In this document: piece after piece, positions 15,786-26,724 of the stretch | Layout: every line of letters starts with the position of its first letter | Numbering within the stretch: the first letter of the stretch is position 1 | IMG/VR virus record: IMGVR_UViG_2563366820_000002 | Span: 1-47,800 of that record | Source of the DNA: a virus | Lineage: Duplodnaviria > Heunggongvirae > Uroviricota > Caudoviricetes | DNA length: 47,800 nucleotides | Direction: 5' to 3' (one strand) | The notes under the pieces: generated by a model | What the model was told of the DNA's origin: nothing | The model's database searches: none | What the model saw: only the letters and a program-made list of their open reading frames with translations | Made by a program: the position numbers and the translations under genes

Positions 15786-16147
15786 CAATGAATTATTCAC
15801 AGTTAAGTGATTTTGAAATTAACAAGCGAGTGGCAATTTGCTGTGGATTTGCTCCCGAAGATTGCGAAATCGCAAAGTTGGGAACATCAATCGTTGGTGT
15901 TGAGTGGGATGACGAAACTGGTTATGCAATAAAAACGGTTGATTACTGTAAAAGCCCATCAGACGCAGAGCCGATTATCGTAGAGAACAGAATTGGCATT
16001 ATTCCAGCGCCAGAAAATGGATTATGGAAGGCAGCGCATAGAAAAGTTGGCAGTGATAGTACCCCATATCATATGACTCAAGATGAAAACCCACTCCGCG
16101 CTGCCATGATTGTCTTTCTCATGATGCAGGACGCCAATAATGCTTAG
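15782..16147 (+). CDS. Nin-region hypothetical protein, 121 aa
   Basis: ATG at 15782 overlapping the upstream stop; GAGGAA RBS. Confidence 0.6.
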   Translation: MTMNYSQLSDFEINKRVAICCGFAPEDCEIAKLGTSIVGVEWDDETGYAIKTVDYCKSPSDAEPIIVENRIGIIPAPENGLWKAAHRKVGSDSTPYHMTQDENPLRAAMIVFLMMQDANNA

Positions 16148-16316
16148 CCCATCCCAATCCCTTCAATACCAGAAAGAAAGCGTCGAGCGGGCTTTAACGT
16201 GCGCTAACTGCGGCCAGAAGCTGCATGTGCTGGAAGTTCACGTGTGTGAGCACTGCTGCGCAGAACTGATGAGCGATCCGAATAGCTCAATGTACGAGGA
16301 AGAAGACGATGGCTAA
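16140..16316 (+). CDS. ninF: NinF, 58 aa
   Basis: [50 protein letters not shown]...; below the track cutoff. Confidence 0.75.
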   Translation: MLSPSQSLQYQKESVERALTCANCGQKLHVLEVHVCEHCCAELMSDPNSSMYEEEDDG

Positions 16317-16914
16317 ACCAGCGCGAAGGAAATGCAAAATATGCAAGGAATGGTTTCACCCGGCATTCTCAAATCAGTGGTGGTGCTGCCCGGAACACGG
16401 AACTCAGTTAGCACTCAAACTACAAAGTAAACAGCGAAAAAAAGCGGAAAAAGCAGCAGAGAAGAAACGACGACGAGAGGAGCAGAAACAGAAAGATAAA
16501 CTGAAGATTCGAAAACTCGCCTTAAAGCCCCGCAGTTACTGGATTAAACAAGCCCAACAAGCCGTAAACGCCTTCATCAGAGAAAGAGACCGCGACTTAC
16601 CATGTATCTCGTGCGGAACGCTCACGTCTGCTCAGTGGGATGCCGGGCATTACCGGACAACTGCTGCGGCACCTCAACTCCGATTTGATGAACGCAATAT
16701 TCACAAGCAATGCGTGGTGTGCAACCAGCACAAAAGCGGAAATCTCGTTCCGTATCGCGTCGAACTGATTAATCGCATCGGGCAGGAAGCAGTAGACGAA
16801 ATCGAATCAAACCATAACCGCCATCGCTGGACTGTCGAAGAGTGCAAGGCGATCAAGGCGGAGTATCAGCAGAAACTCAAAGACCTGCGAAATAGCAGAA
16901 GTGAGGCCGCATGA
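16309..16914 (+). CDS. ninG: NinG (Rap-like recombination-associated endonuclease)
   Basis: 201 aa with Cys/His-rich N-terminus and lysine-rich linker, as in lambda NinG. Confidence 0.85.
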   Translation: MAKPARRKCKICKEWFHPAFSNQWWCCPEHGTQLALKLQSKQRKKAEKAAEKKRRREEQKQKDKLKIRKLALKPRSYWIKQAQQAVNAFIRERDRDLPCISCGTLTSAQWDAGHYRTTAAAPQLRFDERNIHKQCVVCNQHKSGNLVPYRVELINRIGQEAVDEIESNHNRHRWTVEECKAIKAEYQQKLKDLRNSRSEAA

Positions 16915-17117
16915 CGTTCTCAGTAAAAACCATTCCAGACATGCTCGTTGAAGCATACGGAAACCAGACAGAAGTAGCACGCAGACTGAAATGTAGTCGC
17001 GGTACGGTCAGAAAATACGTTGATGATAAAGACGGGAAAATGCACGCCATCGTCAACGACGTTCTCATGGTTCATCGCGGATGGAGTGAAAGAGATGAGC
17101 CATTACGAAAAAATTGA
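16911..17117 (+). CDS. ninH: NinH, 68 aa
   Basis: ATGA overlap with the ninG stop; same length as lambda NinH. Confidence 0.75.
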   Translation: MTFSVKTIPDMLVEAYGNQTEVARRLKCSRGTVRKYVDDKDGKMHAIVNDVLMVHRGWSERDEPLRKN

Positions 17118-17760
17118 TGGCAGCAAATACCGAAATATTTGGGTAGTTGGCGACCTGCACGGATGCTACACGAACCTGATGAAAAAACTGGAGACGATAG
17201 GATTCGACACCAAAAAAGATCTGCTTATCTCGGTTGGCGATTTGGTCGATCGCGGTACAGAGAACGTCGAATGCCTGGAATTAATCACATTCCCCTGGTT
17301 CAGAGCTGTACGTGGAAACCATGAGCAAATGATGATTGATGGCTTATCAGAGCGTGGAAACGTCAATCACTGGATGCTTAATGGCGGTGGCTGGTTCTTT
17401 AATCTCGATTACGACAAAGAAATTCTGGCTAAAGCTCTTGCCCATAAAGCAGATGAACTTCCGTTAATCATCGAACTGGTGAGCAAAGATAAAAAATATG
17501 TCATCTGCCACGCCGATTATCCTTGTGACGAATACGAGTTTGGAAAGCCAGTTGATCATCAGCAGGTAATCTGGAACCGCGAACGAATCAGCAACTCACA
17601 AGACGGGATCGTGAAAGAAATCAAAGGCGCGGACACGTTCATCTTTGGTCATACGCCAGCAGTGAAACCACTCAAGTTTGCCAACCAGATGTATATCGAT
17701 ACCGGCGCAGTGTTCTGCGGAAACCTCACATTGATTCAGGTACAGGGAGAAGGCGCATGA
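17095..17760 (+). CDS. Ser/Thr protein phosphatase (lambda PPase-type, NinI)
   Basis: Metallophosphatase motifs GDLHG, GDLVDRG, GNHE; from ATG 17095 matches the lambda phosphatase as I recall it. Confidence 0.9.
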   Translation: MSHYEKIDGSKYRNIWVVGDLHGCYTNLMKKLETIGFDTKKDLLISVGDLVDRGTENVECLELITFPWFRAVRGNHEQMMIDGLSERGNVNHWMLNGGGWFFNLDYDKEILAKALAHKADELPLIIELVSKDKKYVICHADYPCDEYEFGKPVDHQQVIWNRERISNSQDGIVKEIKGADTFIFGHTPAVKPLKFANQMYIDTGAVFCGNLTLIQVQGEGA

Positions 17761-18380
17761 GACTCGAAAGCGTAGCTAAATTTCATTCGCCAAAAAGCCC
17801 GATGATGAGCGACTCACCACGGGCCACGGCTTCTGACTCTCTTTCCGGTACTGATGTGATGGCTGCTATGGGGATGGCGCAATCACAAGCCGGATTCGGA
17901 ATGGCTGCATTCTGCGGTAAGCATGAACTCAGCCAGAACGACAAACAAAAGGCTATCAACTATCTGATGCAATTTGCACACAAGGTATCGGGGAAATACC
18001 GTGGTGTGGCAAAGCTCGAAGGAAATACTAAGGCAAAGGTGCTGCAAGTGCTCGCAACATTCGCTTATGCGGATTATTGCCGTAGTGCTGCGACGCCGGG
18101 AGCAAGATGCAGAGATTGCCACGGTACAGGCCGTGCGGTTGATATAGCAAAAACAGAGCAGTGGGGGAGAGTTGTTGAGAAAGAGTGCGGAAGATGCAAA
18201 GGTGTCGGCTATTCAAGAATGCCAGCAAGCGCCGCATATCGCGCTGTAACGATGCTAATCCCAAACCTTACTCAACCCACCTGGTCACGCACTGTTAAGC
18301 CGCTGTATGACGCTCTGGTGGTGCAATGCCACAAAGAAGAGTCAATCGCAGACAACATTTTGAATGCGGTCACACGTTAA
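17757..18380 (+). CDS. Q: Late-gene antiterminator Q
   Basis: 207 aa matching lambda Q as I recall it ([27 protein letters not shown]...). Confidence 0.95.
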   Translation: MRLESVAKFHSPKSPMMSDSPRATASDSLSGTDVMAAMGMAQSQAGFGMAAFCGKHELSQNDKQKAINYLMQFAHKVSGKYRGVAKLEGNTKAKVLQVLATFAYADYCRSAATPGARCRDCHGTGRAVDIAKTEQWGRVVEKECGRCKGVGYSRMPASAAYRAVTMLIPNLTQPTWSRTVKPLYDALVVQCHKEESIADNILNAVTR

Positions 18381-18423
18381 CAGCATGATTGCCACGGATG
18401 GCAACATATTAACGGCATGATAT

Positions 18424-18451
18424 TGACTCTTTGAATAAAGTTGGGTAAATT
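18424..18451 (+). promoter_or_regulatory. Late promoter pR' (-35 TTGACT, -10 TAAATT) with qut region
   Basis: TTGACT 18424-18429, 16-bp spacer, TAAATT 18446-18451; context matches lambda pR'. Confidence 0.8.
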
Positions 18452-18590
18452 TGACACAACGATGGGTTAATTCGCTCGTTGTGGTAGTGAGATAAAAAGA
18501 GGCGGCGCTTACTACCGATTCCGCCTAGTTGGTCACTTCGACGTATCGTCTGGAACTCCAACCATCGCAGGCTGAGAGGTTTGTAAAATG

Positions 18591-18650
18591 CAATCCCGAA
18601 ACAGTTCGCAGGTAATATTAGAGCCTGCATAACGGTTTCGGGATTTTTTA
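18591..18650 (+). terminator. tR' terminator (end of the short 6S-type leader transcript from pR')
   Basis: Long hairpin AATCCCGAAAC...GTTTCGGGATT followed by TTTTTAT. Confidence 0.8.
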
Positions 18651-19047
18651 TATCTGTGCAACAGGTAAGAGCATTCTCCTTTATGTGGCTTGGCTTAAAT
18701 GCATTGAGTGCTCTTTCCGTTGTGCTGAATTAAGCGAATGCCGGAAGCAGAACCGGATCACCAAATGCGTACAGGCGTCATCGCCGCCCAGCAACAGCAC
18801 AACCCAAACTGAGCCGTAGCCACTGGCTATCCTGAATTCATCAGTGATAGTTACGCTGCGGCCTTCTACACATGACCTTCGTGAAAGCGGGTGGCAAGAG
18901 GCTGCGCTAACAACCTCCTGCCGTTTTGCCCGTGCATATCGGTCACGAACAAATCTGATTACTAAACACAGTAGCCTGGATTTGTTCTATCAGTAATCGA
19001 CCTTATTCCTAATTAAATAGAGCAAATCCCCTTATTGGGGGTAAGAC

Positions 19048-19371
19048 ATGAAGATGCCAGAAAAACATGACCTGTTAGCCGCCATTCTCGCGGCAAAGGA
19101 ACAAGGCATCGGGGCAATCCTTGCGTTTGCAATGGCGTACCTTCGCGGCAGATATAATGGCGGTGCGTTTACAAAAACAGTAATCGACGCAACGATGTGC
19201 GCCATTATCGCCTGGTTCATTCGTGACCTTCTCGACTTCGCCGGACTAAGTAGCAATCTCGCTTATATAACGAGCGTGTTCATCGGCTACATCGGTACTG
19301 ACTCGATTGGTTCGCTTATCAAACGCTTCGCTGCTAAAAAAGCCGGAGTAGAAGATGGTGGAAATCAATAA
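19048..19371 (+). CDS. S: Holin/antiholin S (dual start)
   Basis: [39 protein letters not shown]... matches lambda S; Met1-Lys2-Met3 dual-start motif. Confidence 0.95.
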   Translation: MKMPEKHDLLAAILAAKEQGIGAILAFAMAYLRGRYNGGAFTKTVIDATMCAIIAWFIRDLLDFAGLSSNLAYITSVFIGYIGTDSIGSLIKRFAAKKAGVEDGGNQ

Positions 19372-19831
19372 TCAACGTAAGGCGTTCCTCGATATGCTGG
19401 CGTGGTCAGAGGGAACTGATAACGGACGACAGAAAACCAGAAATCATGGTTATGACGTCATTGTTGGCGGAGAGCTATTCACTGATTACTCCGATCACCC
19501 TCGCAAACTTGTCACGCTAAACCCCAAACTCAAATCAACAGCCGCCGGACGTTACCAGCTTCTTTCCCGTTGGTGGGATGCCTACCGTAAGCAGCTTGGC
19601 CTGAAAGACTTCTCTCCTAAAAGCCAGGATGCTGTTGCATTGCAGCAGATTAAGGAGCGTGGCGCTTTGCCGATGATTGATCGCGGTGATATCCGTCAGG
19701 CTATCGACCGTTGCAGCAATATATGGGCTTCACTGCCGGGCGCTGGTTATGGTCAGTTCGAGCATAAGGCTGACAGTCTGATTGCAAAATTCAAAGAAGC
19801 TGGCGGAACGGTCAGAGAGATTGAGGTATGA
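19355..19831 (+). CDS. R: Endolysin R (lytic transglycosylase)
   Basis: [49 protein letters not shown]... matches lambda R. Confidence 0.95.
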   Translation: MVEINNQRKAFLDMLAWSEGTDNGRQKTRNHGYDVIVGGELFTDYSDHPRKLVTLNPKLKSTAAGRYQLLSRWWDAYRKQLGLKDFSPKSQDAVALQQIKERGALPMIDRGDIRQAIDRCSNIWASLPGAGYGQFEHKADSLIAKFKEAGGTVREIEV

Positions 19832-20265
19832 GCAGAGTAACCGCGATTATCTCCGCTCTGGTTATCTGCATCGTCGTCTGCCTGTCATGGGGTGTTAATC
19901 ATTACCGTGATAACGCCATCGCCTACAAAGAACAGCGCGATAAGGCCGCATTCATTATCGCTGACATGCAGAAACGTCAACGCAATGTAGCAGAACTCGA
20001 CGCCAGATATACAAAGGAGCTTGCTGATGCTAACGCGACTATCGAAAGTCTCCGTGCTGATGTTTCTGCTGGTCGTAAGCGCATGCAAGTCGCCGCCACC
20101 TGTGCAAAGTCAACGACCGGAGCCAGCAGCATGGGCGATGGAGAAAGCCCAAGACTTACAGCAGATGCTGAACTCAATTATTACCGTCTACGAAGTGGAA
20201 TCGACAGGATAACCGCGCAGGTTAACTACCTGCAGGAGTACATCAGGACGCAATGCCTGAAATAA
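19828..20265 (+). CDS. Rz: i-spanin Rz
   Basis: N-terminal TM segment [21 protein letters not shown] as in lambda Rz; C-terminal half diverges from lambda. Confidence 0.85.
   Translation: MSRVTAIISALVICIVVCLSWGVNHYRDNAIAYKEQRDKAAFIIADMQKRQRNVAELDARYTKELADANATIESLRADVSAGRKRMQVAATCAKSTTGASSMGDGESPRLTADAELNYYRLRSGIDRITAQVNYLQEYIRTQCLK
20021..20212 (+). CDS. Rz1: o-spanin Rz1 lipoprotein, embedded in the +1 frame of Rz
   Basis: Lipobox LVVSAC followed by proline-rich [11 protein letters not shown]; exact start among the upstream Met codons is uncertain. Confidence 0.7.
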   Translation: MLMLTRLSKVSVLMFLLVVSACKSPPPVQSQRPEPAAWAMEKAQDLQQMLNSIITVYEVESTG

Positions 20266-20295
20266 TTTTTTGCAAATCACAAAGTCAATTTAATG

Positions 20296-20320
20296 AGCCT
20301 CGCGATGCGGGGCTTTTTTA
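20296..20320 (+). terminator. Intrinsic terminator after the lysis cassette
   Basis: Hairpin AGCCTCGC-GAT-GCGGGGCT followed by TTTTTTAT. Confidence 0.65.
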
Positions 20321-20462
20321 TGTCCGCAGTAAACGCGCATCTCACGCGCATATTAACGAGAGCCTTTCAGTAAGCGGGCCTGAGAATTGCCGTTATAGGT
20401 GGCGACCTCTCTCGGGCGGCTTTTCTGTGAGACAGGCTCACTTTCTAAAAGGTAAAGACGCT

Positions 20463-20951
20463 ATGAACCAATTAGAAGAAAAGCTTCAAAGAATGATTTC
20501 CTTATACAAGGAAGATAGCTGCCAAAAAGTTCCTGAAAACATCGCAGAGTTAATGAAATTGGCAAGTGAATTTTCTGGCATGCTTAAGTCGTCAGGTGTT
20601 CGGTCAGCGTTCTTTGTTGAAATGCTGATGCACGGCGGACTTATGGCAACAATGAGACGTGTAATGGAAGACCAGAGAAAAGAACCTCCTCAGGTATACG
20701 TTTTGTCATCGAAGAAAACTGGGCTAACCAAAATTGGGTATTCATCCAACATTCCACAACGCATCAAATCGCTTGGCAACTCTGGACCAGACTGTTTGAA
20801 GCTTGAGTGCCTGATCCCTGGTGGAAGAGAAACTGAAAACATGCTTCATCGCAAATTTGCCGCAAAGAGAAAGCACGGTGAATGGTTCGCCCTGTCCAAG
20901 GATGACATTGAGGGGTTGAAATCTGTAGCGCTTACTTCTGATGGCTATTAA
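20463..20951 (+). CDS. GIY-YIG-like (T5orf172-type) domain protein with an unassigned N-terminal domain, 162 aa
   Basis: C-terminal VYVLSS-KTGLTKIGYSSNIPQRIKSL...ETENMLHRKF...GEWF pattern; ATG at 20463 preferred over the track start 20253, which spans the terminator hairpin. Confidence 0.65.
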   Translation: MNQLEEKLQRMISLYKEDSCQKVPENIAELMKLASEFSGMLKSSGVRSAFFVEMLMHGGLMATMRRVMEDQRKEPPQVYVLSSKKTGLTKIGYSSNIPQRIKSLGNSGPDCLKLECLIPGGRETENMLHRKFAAKRKHGEWFALSKDDIEGLKSVALTSDGY

Positions 20952-21278
20952 TGCTTGTTTAGAGCAATTTTCATAACAGCTCTTCATTACAAAGCCCATC
21001 TACGGGTGGGCTTGATAATGAAACCGGAGTTAATTTCTGGTCACTAATTAATGGCAGTACCGCGAAACAACCCAAGCCAGTAAGTGGGGAAATAACACTG
21101 GCAGCCACTGAAAGATGAACCTCCAGCCTTATGGCAAAAAAGATTCTTTGTGGTGGCGGACTGATGGAAAGACATCGGTTATTGCAGAGACCATTCAATG
21201 AGTGGTCTCGACAATGGCTTATACCCTACACGGGATAACTTAACTGATATCCCTTTTAACGGATAAACGGAGCCAACA

Positions 21279-21521
21279 ATGGCAGAGATTATTCCCATGA
21301 CTGAAGAACAGAAATTCCAGTTAGAGATTTACAAACTGGTCATGAACCAGAACGCAGCCGCAGAAGAAGCATTTCAATTTATTGGCACTGACGAACTGAA
21401 GCTTGAGCTATTCAAAATTCACTTCCAGTCAGGCGGCGCTAATTCAGATATCACGACCCGCACTATCGAAGCGGTGCGTAAATCGAAGGAAGCGTTAGAC
21501 CTGTTCACTACCGGAGCATGA
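21279..21521 (+). CDS. Hypothetical small protein, 80 aa
   Basis: ATG with GGAG RBS; upstream 6-bp inverted repeat GGGATA-N10-TATCCC at 21231-21252. Confidence 0.55.
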   Translation: MAEIIPMTEEQKFQLEIYKLVMNQNAAAEEAFQFIGTDELKLELFKIHFQSGGANSDITTRTIEAVRKSKEALDLFTTGA

Positions 21522-21522
21522 T

Positions 21523-21714
21523 GTGAGCCGCGTAATCAATTTGGGTAAGGAGAAGAAATTCCCAATTACTCAAGAGCTATACGAGCGGCTGGAAAGCGTC
21601 ATCCATGATTATGGTGAAATCAGTGTATGTGAGGCGATTGGCACACTCGAATTGCTGAAGCAGTCATTGATTGAAAGCATGAAGAGCCAACGACCAGAAA
21701 TGACAATTAAGTGA
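21523..21714 (+). CDS. Hypothetical small protein, 63 aa
   Basis: GTG start 2 nt after the upstream stop with GGAG RBS; followed by a terminator. Confidence 0.5.
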   Translation: MSRVINLGKEKKFPITQELYERLESVIHDYGEISVCEAIGTLELLKQSLIESMKSQRPEMTIK

Positions 21715-21723
21715 GATGAATAT

Positions 21724-21750
21724 GGCAGCACTCAACATGCTGCCTTTTAT
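21724..21750 (+). terminator. Intrinsic terminator between convergent small-gene pairs
   Basis: Hairpin GGCAGCA-CTCAACA-TGCTGCC followed by TTTTAT. Confidence 0.7.
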
Positions 21751-21761
21751 CGTTGATTAGT

Positions 21762-22001
21762 TTAACCGTGAGCTTCACGACCGTTTTCGTCTTCAGGCAC
21801 ACGGAAACGCCAGTACTTATCTGGCTTAACCCAAACAACACTTTCACCGCTATCAACCCTGAATTTATTAATCACTTTTGTTGATAGCGCTTGGTTGCCA
21901 TCCGCATTTTCTTTGAGGTGCTGCTCGTTATGTTGTTTAACGAGATAATCCACAACATCCTGCTGATAAAGGCAACCCTCTGTTGATAAAACGGACATCA
22001 T
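21762..22001 (-). CDS. Hypothetical protein, 79 aa
   Basis: ATG at 22001 without a clear RBS; protein-like composition. Confidence 0.4.
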   Translation of the reverse strand: MMSVLSTEGCLYQQDVVDYLVKQHNEQHLKENADGNQALSTKVINKFRVDSGESVVWVKPDKYWRFRVPEDENGREAHG

Positions 22002-22045
22002 CCATGATGAAATATCATCAAGAGTTAAGGTTGGTGTGTTTGGGG

Positions 22046-22228
22046 CTATGGCTTTGGGGTAACGCGCTCAAGAGATTCCGGTCTGAAATATCCTTGCTCA
22101 AGCTTCTTGCCGGCAAACCATTGACAAAGAAAAGAGTTACCTTGGGTAGATGAAAATAACCTGATAGTCATGTCAGGTCCGCCTGATTTCAGTTTAACAA
22201 TGTCACCTGTTTTAAACTCATCATTCAT
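22046..22228 (-). CDS. DUF2158-type (YodC-like) small protein, 60 aa
   Basis: ATG at 22228 with AAGGAG RBS (track start 22261 is GTG); MNDEFKTGDIVKLKSGGPDMTI... pattern typical of DUF2158. Confidence 0.6.
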   Translation of the reverse strand: MNDEFKTGDIVKLKSGGPDMTIRLFSSTQGNSFLCQWFAGKKLEQGYFRPESLERVTPKP

Positions 22229-22254
22229 AACAATCTCCTTATGGGAAGTAAAAA

Positions 22255-22842
22255 ATGGCACTCACCGACAAACAAGAAATGTTCTGTCGCGAGTACCTCA
22301 TCGATTTAAACGCCACGCAAGCGGCTATTCGGGCGGGGTACAGCGCAAAGACAGCTAACCGTACCGCATCCGAAAACCTGTCAAAACCTGACATCAAGTT
22401 AAGAATCGCCGAACTGAAAGCGCAACGCAATGATCTTGTTGGTATTAATGCAGAATATGTACTTAATCGCCTTATTGAAATCGACCAGATGGATGTGCTC
22501 GACATTCTCCTGCAAAACGGTGAGCTAAAGCCCATTAAAGACTGGCCTAAGGTATGGCGCACAACGCTATCAGGAATGGATGTCGTGGAGATGGCATCCG
22601 CAGATAGCGCCGCACTTCTGAAGAAAATCAAATGGCCTGATAAGGTCAAAAACCTCGAACTTCTTGGTAAGCATGTTTCTGTTCAGGCATTTAAAGAGCA
22701 AACATCTACAGAAATAACTGGCGCTGATGGTGGGCCTGTTCGTTATGCCGATATGTCAGAAGAGTTACTTGAAGAGAAACTGAAGGAGCTTGGTAATGGC
22801 AGGCGCTCCAATCAGCTTGAATCGAAACGCTCAGATTTATGA
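22255..22842 (+). CDS. Terminase small subunit
   Basis: 195 aa directly upstream of and overlapping the large subunit; N-terminus MALTDKQEMFCREYLIDLNATQAAIRAGYS typical of small terminase DNA-binding domains. Confidence 0.7.
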   Translation: MALTDKQEMFCREYLIDLNATQAAIRAGYSAKTANRTASENLSKPDIKLRIAELKAQRNDLVGINAEYVLNRLIEIDQMDVLDILLQNGELKPIKDWPKVWRTTLSGMDVVEMASADSAALLKKIKWPDKVKNLELLGKHVSVQAFKEQTSTEITGADGGPVRYADMSEELLEEKLKELGNGRRSNQLESKRSDL

Positions 22843-24316
22843 GTTGCACAAAGAGCTTGCTATCCGCTCAGCAAGGAAAAACCTTCTCGATTTCACTTTG
22901 TACACTAATCCGCAATACGAAACAGGTTGGTTTAACGAGCTGCTTTGTGCTGAGCTAGATCACTTTCTGGATGAAGTTAAAGCCGGAAACATGCCCAGGC
23001 TAATGGTGTTTGCCCCTCCGCGCTCAGGAAAGAGTGAGTTGTGCTCTCGCCGCTTCCCAGCGTATGTGTTAGGACAGCATCCATCATGGAACATTATCTC
23101 GTGCTCATATTCTTCTGACCTGTCAGACCGAATGAGCCGTGACGTTAAACGCATTATCACCTCTGATAAGTACGCTGATGTTTTCCCTGACGTGAAAATA
23201 CCCTCAGGACGCAGTTTGGCGGGAGGTATCAACAAAACCGAGCTATGGGAACCAGTTGATGCCAAAGGCGAACTACACGGCGGCTCATATCGTTCTGCTG
23301 GTGTTAACGGTGGCATCACCGGGCAGGGTATGAACATTGGGGTTATTGATGACCCCGCGAAAGATTACAAAACCGCATCGTCTCCAACTTACCAGGAAGC
23401 GGTGATGGACTGGTACGACACGACATTCTTCACGCGTGTTGACCCGAAGATAAACGGCATCGTCATCATTCTGACACGCTGGCATCAAAACGATCTCGCC
23501 GGACAGTTATTAAAACTGGCAGAAGAAGGCGGGGAACGCTGGCGCGTAGTTAGCTTCCCTATGGAGGCTGAAAAGGAGGAGATCCATGAACTCAACGGTA
23601 ACGTATATCGACTGCGCAATCCCGGTGAAATTCTGTTCCCTGAGCGCATGCCGAGAGAGTTCGTAGAGAAATGCAAACAGCGCGGTTCCCTTGTATGGAA
23701 TGCTCTTTATCAGCAACGACCAACCGCCAAAGGCGGGGGGCTTATTAAGTCTGAATGGTTTGGTGAATATTCGGTACTCCCTCCCATGCAATGGCGTGCC
23801 GTCTATGGAGACACCGCACAGAAAACAAAAGAGGTCAACGACTTCTCAGTATTCGAGCACTGGGGGCTTGGTACTGACGGGTACATCTATCTGATCGATA
23901 TGATTCGCGGTAAATGGGAGGCCGATGAATTACAACGCCGTGCTGTTGCATTCTGGGAAAAGTGCAAAACTCTGAAGAATGGGCCGCTTCGCCACATGGC
24001 GATAGAGGACAAGTCATCTGGCACAGGCCTGATACAGAACATCCGTAAAAAAGCGATATGCCCCATCAAAGCAATTCAGCGCGATAAGGATAAGTACACG
24101 CGACTGATGGACGTACAGGGTTATATCGAGTCCGGTTACATCAAGTTGCCCAGCAGCGCACCATTCATCAACGACTTCCTCGTTGAGATGGAAGCTATTA
24201 ATCCTGATTTCAATACGCACGACGACCAGCTTGATCCGATGATGGATGCCATCGATGAGATGAAAAATGGCAATGGTCCGTTACGTATATCTGAAGACCT
24301 TTTGAGGCTCGCATAG
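22796..24316 (+). CDS. Terminase large subunit
   Basis: ATPase Walker [10 protein letters not shown] and C-terminal nuclease region; ATG at 22796 with GAAGGAG RBS. Confidence 0.9.
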   Translation: MAGAPISLNRNAQIYELHKELAIRSARKNLLDFTLYTNPQYETGWFNELLCAELDHFLDEVKAGNMPRLMVFAPPRSGKSELCSRRFPAYVLGQHPSWNIISCSYSSDLSDRMSRDVKRIITSDKYADVFPDVKIPSGRSLAGGINKTELWEPVDAKGELHGGSYRSAGVNGGITGQGMNIGVIDDPAKDYKTASSPTYQEAVMDWYDTTFFTRVDPKINGIVIILTRWHQNDLAGQLLKLAEEGGERWRVVSFPMEAEKEEIHELNGNVYRLRNPGEILFPERMPREFVEKCKQRGSLVWNALYQQRPTAKGGGLIKSEWFGEYSVLPPMQWRAVYGDTAQKTKEVNDFSVFEHWGLGTDGYIYLIDMIRGKWEADELQRRAVAFWEKCKTLKNGPLRHMAIEDKSSGTGLIQNIRKKAICPIKAIQRDKDKYTRLMDVQGYIESGYIKLPSSAPFINDFLVEMEAINPDFNTHDDQLDPMMDAIDEMKNGNGPLRISEDLLRLA

Positions 24317-25851
24317 TGTTTAATTTTTTGAGAAAGAAAAAATCTGAGCCTCAGAAAGAAGAGGCGAAACAGCCAATGTCTCTGGCGAATGTTCTTGCGA
24401 TTATTAACGAACAGGAGCGAATTAAAAATGAAGGCGAGGCATTGCGTAGAATTGAGAGATACGTACCCCCGCCAGGCGTTATTCCTGAACATATTGGGGA
24501 GTCAGCTCTGGCGATGGACTCCACGCCGTACAGTTACCTTAACTCAGCAAACATCACCGCATATGGCTACGGTGGATTTCCTGGCTACCCATATCTGTCT
24601 CAACTTGCTCAGTTGCCGGAGTATCGCAAGATTACTGGCACGATAGCAGAAGAGATGACGCGAAAATGGATTGAGCTGAAGCATGTAGGTAAAGACGATG
24701 GTGACGACAAGGCCGATAAAATTCGCCAGCTTGACGAAGCATTAAAGCGTTTCAGAGTGCGAGAGAAGTTTCGCGAGGCAGCGGAACATGACGGTTACTT
24801 CGGGCGCGGACAGATTTATATCGACGTGAAGACGCCAAGCGGTAACTCAGCCTGGCTGGTACCCGACGAACTGGATAAGAAGCTCTATATCAGCCCGCGC
24901 AAGATTACCAAAGGAAGCCTGAATGGTTTCCGCGTTATCGAGGCCATGTGGACTTACCCGGGCGTGTATAACGCTGACAATCCTCTAAGCCCTGACTTCT
25001 TCAATCCATCTGAATGGTATGTCATGGGGCGCACGGTTCACGCCAGTCGCATGTTGACAATGATTTCTCGCCAGGTGCCAGACATTCTCAAAGCGGCGTA
25101 CAACTTCGGCGGCTTGTCGCTGAGTCAGATGGCAGAGCCATACGTGCAGAACTGGTTGAGAACACGTGACAGCGTTAGCGATCTGGTTCATTCGTTTGTG
25201 GTCTATGGGCTGAAGACGAACATGCAGAATGCCTTGTCTGGAATTGCAGACCCAAACCTGTTTATGCGTGCCGAGCTATTCAATAAGGTTCGCGACAATC
25301 GCGGAATGTTCCTTATTGATAAGGATGGAGAAGAATTCTTCCAGTTTGTGACAAGTCTGTCCGGAGTTGATGCTCTTCAGGCGCAAGCGCAGGAACAAAT
25401 GGCATCGGTATCAAGCATTCCTCTGGTTAAGCTCCTTGGCATCACTCCTAACGGGCTAAACGCTTCATCTGATGGCGAAATCCGCGTCTTCTATGACTCA
25501 ATACACGCCATGCAGGAGAATCTGTTCAGGGTGCCGCTGAAAACAGTGCTGGATGTTATCCAGTTGAATGAATTTGGCGAGATTGACCCTGACATTGATT
25601 TTGAATTCCTGCCGCTGTACGAGCTTACAGAAGCAGAGAAAGCCGAGATCATGAAACATCAGTCTGAGGCTGATAAGAACTATGCCGAAGCTGGCGTGTT
25701 CGACCTTGATGCAATAAGAAGCATGCGCCAGTCGGATAAGGCCAGCCCATACCACATGATGGAATCTGAATATGACGAAGAAGAGCACGAAAACGAGTCC
25801 GTCGAAGAAGGATTCGAAGACCCGGAAAACCCTTCGTCCAGTCAGAGCTAA
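24316..25851 (+). CDS. Portal protein
   Basis: 511-aa ORF following the terminase; GTG start at 24316 overlapping the terminase stop (alternative ATG at 24376). Confidence 0.75.
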   Translation: MFNFLRKKKSEPQKEEAKQPMSLANVLAIINEQERIKNEGEALRRIERYVPPPGVIPEHIGESALAMDSTPYSYLNSANITAYGYGGFPGYPYLSQLAQLPEYRKITGTIAEEMTRKWIELKHVGKDDGDDKADKIRQLDEALKRFRVREKFREAAEHDGYFGRGQIYIDVKTPSGNSAWLVPDELDKKLYISPRKITKGSLNGFRVIEAMWTYPGVYNADNPLSPDFFNPSEWYVMGRTVHASRMLTMISRQVPDILKAAYNFGGLSLSQMAEPYVQNWLRTRDSVSDLVHSFVVYGLKTNMQNALSGIADPNLFMRAELFNKVRDNRGMFLIDKDGEEFFQFVTSLSGVDALQAQAQEQMASVSSIPLVKLLGITPNGLNASSDGEIRVFYDSIHAMQENLFRVPLKTVLDVIQLNEFGEIDPDIDFEFLPLYELTEAEKAEIMKHQSEADKNYAEAGVFDLDAIRSMRQSDKASPYHMMESEYDEEEHENESVEEGFEDPENPSSSQS

Positions 25852-26590
25852 TGCCGGAGTTCATGAGTGGTATCGCTCTGAGCTTCTCAAACTGGTTAGG
25901 GAGATGGATAAGTCATACCGATACTGGCTTGAGGGCGCATACAAAAACAACATGGCGATGGATTCCAGTCCCGCGAATGAGTTAAAGCGCAGATTGTCCA
26001 GACTAGGCAAGCAGTGGGAGCATAAATTCAATGAACTGGCTAAGAAACTGGCTGATCGCTTCGTTGATAAGACACTGCGCAACACCGACGTTTCGTTACA
26101 CTCAGCGTTAAAGGCTGGCGGATTTACCGTTAAGTTCACAATGAATGACGAGCTTAAGAACGTGATGCAGGCTGTCGTTAACGAGAACGTCAACCTGATT
26201 AAATCCATACCTGAACACTATCACACACAGGTTGAGACGATAGTCATGCAGTCTGTCAGCCGTGGTCGTGACCTTGGCTATCTCACTGATGAACTGGTTA
26301 AGCGATATGGCATTACACGCAGACGCGCTGAGACGATCGCACGCGATCAGAACAACAAAGCTACAGCGGTAATTCAGTCTGAACGGCAGAAGAAGTTAGG
26401 AATCACCAAAGGAATCTGGCGTCACTCACACGCCGGGAAGCAGCCAAGACCATCCCATGTGAAAGCTGACGGTAAAGAGTTCGACCTCGATAAAGGGCTG
26501 TATCTCGATGGTGAATGGGTGCTGCCGGGAGAGGCTATCAACTGCCGTTGTACGTGGTCTCCTGTTATCCCTGGGATAGATAGAAAATGA
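25772..26590 (+). CDS. Head morphogenesis protein (SPP1 gp7 / Mu F-like minor head protein)
   Basis: Position after portal; 80-nt overlap with the portal gene, so the true start may be a downstream ATG. Confidence 0.6.
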   Translation: MTKKSTKTSPSKKDSKTRKTLRPVRANAGVHEWYRSELLKLVREMDKSYRYWLEGAYKNNMAMDSSPANELKRRLSRLGKQWEHKFNELAKKLADRFVDKTLRNTDVSLHSALKAGGFTVKFTMNDELKNVMQAVVNENVNLIKSIPEHYHTQVETIVMQSVSRGRDLGYLTDELVKRYGITRRRAETIARDQNNKATAVIQSERQKKLGITKGIWRHSHAGKQPRPSHVKADGKEFDLDKGLYLDGEWVLPGEAINCRCTWSPVIPGIDRK

Positions 26591-26681
26591 TTGAGGTTTT
26601 ATGGTCTCTGGGCTTAGTGTTGATTTTTGGTTGTTTAATGATTGCACTGCTGAAAATAGCTATGCCCAAGAGGAAATAATG

Positions 26682-26703
26682 GCCGCTACTGCGGCTTTTT
26701 TAT
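26682..26703 (+). terminator. Intrinsic terminator-like hairpin inside the virion operon
   Basis: GCCGC-TACT-GCGGC followed by TTTTTTATT. Confidence 0.5.
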
Positions 26704-26724
26704 TGCCTGCCGAAAGGTAAAAGC

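Noticed and set aside
18409-18630. Minus-strand 73-aa ORF
   Set aside because: Overlaps the pR' promoter, qut region and tR' hairpin, which match lambda closely; no RBS
19032-19256. Minus-strand 74-aa ORF
   Set aside because: Entirely antisense to the holin gene S, which is a confident lambda match
20397-20408. AGGTGGCGACCT, a 10/12 match to the lambda cohesive end GGGCGGCGACCT
   Set aside because: The terminase here is not the lambda Nu1/A type and the flanking sequence does not match lambda cos as far as I can recall; probably coincidence or a decayed remnant. Checkable by mapping virion DNA ends
20253-20462. N-terminal extension of the T5orf172-type ORF to give a 232-aa protein
   Set aside because: The extension spans an intrinsic terminator hairpin and has non-protein-like composition; the ATG at 20463 with an upstream AAGG is a better start, although the open frame is noted
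22960-24492. Multiple 60-125-aa ORFs on the minus strand
   Set aside because: All are antisense to the confidently identified terminase large subunit and portal genes and lack ribosome-binding sites
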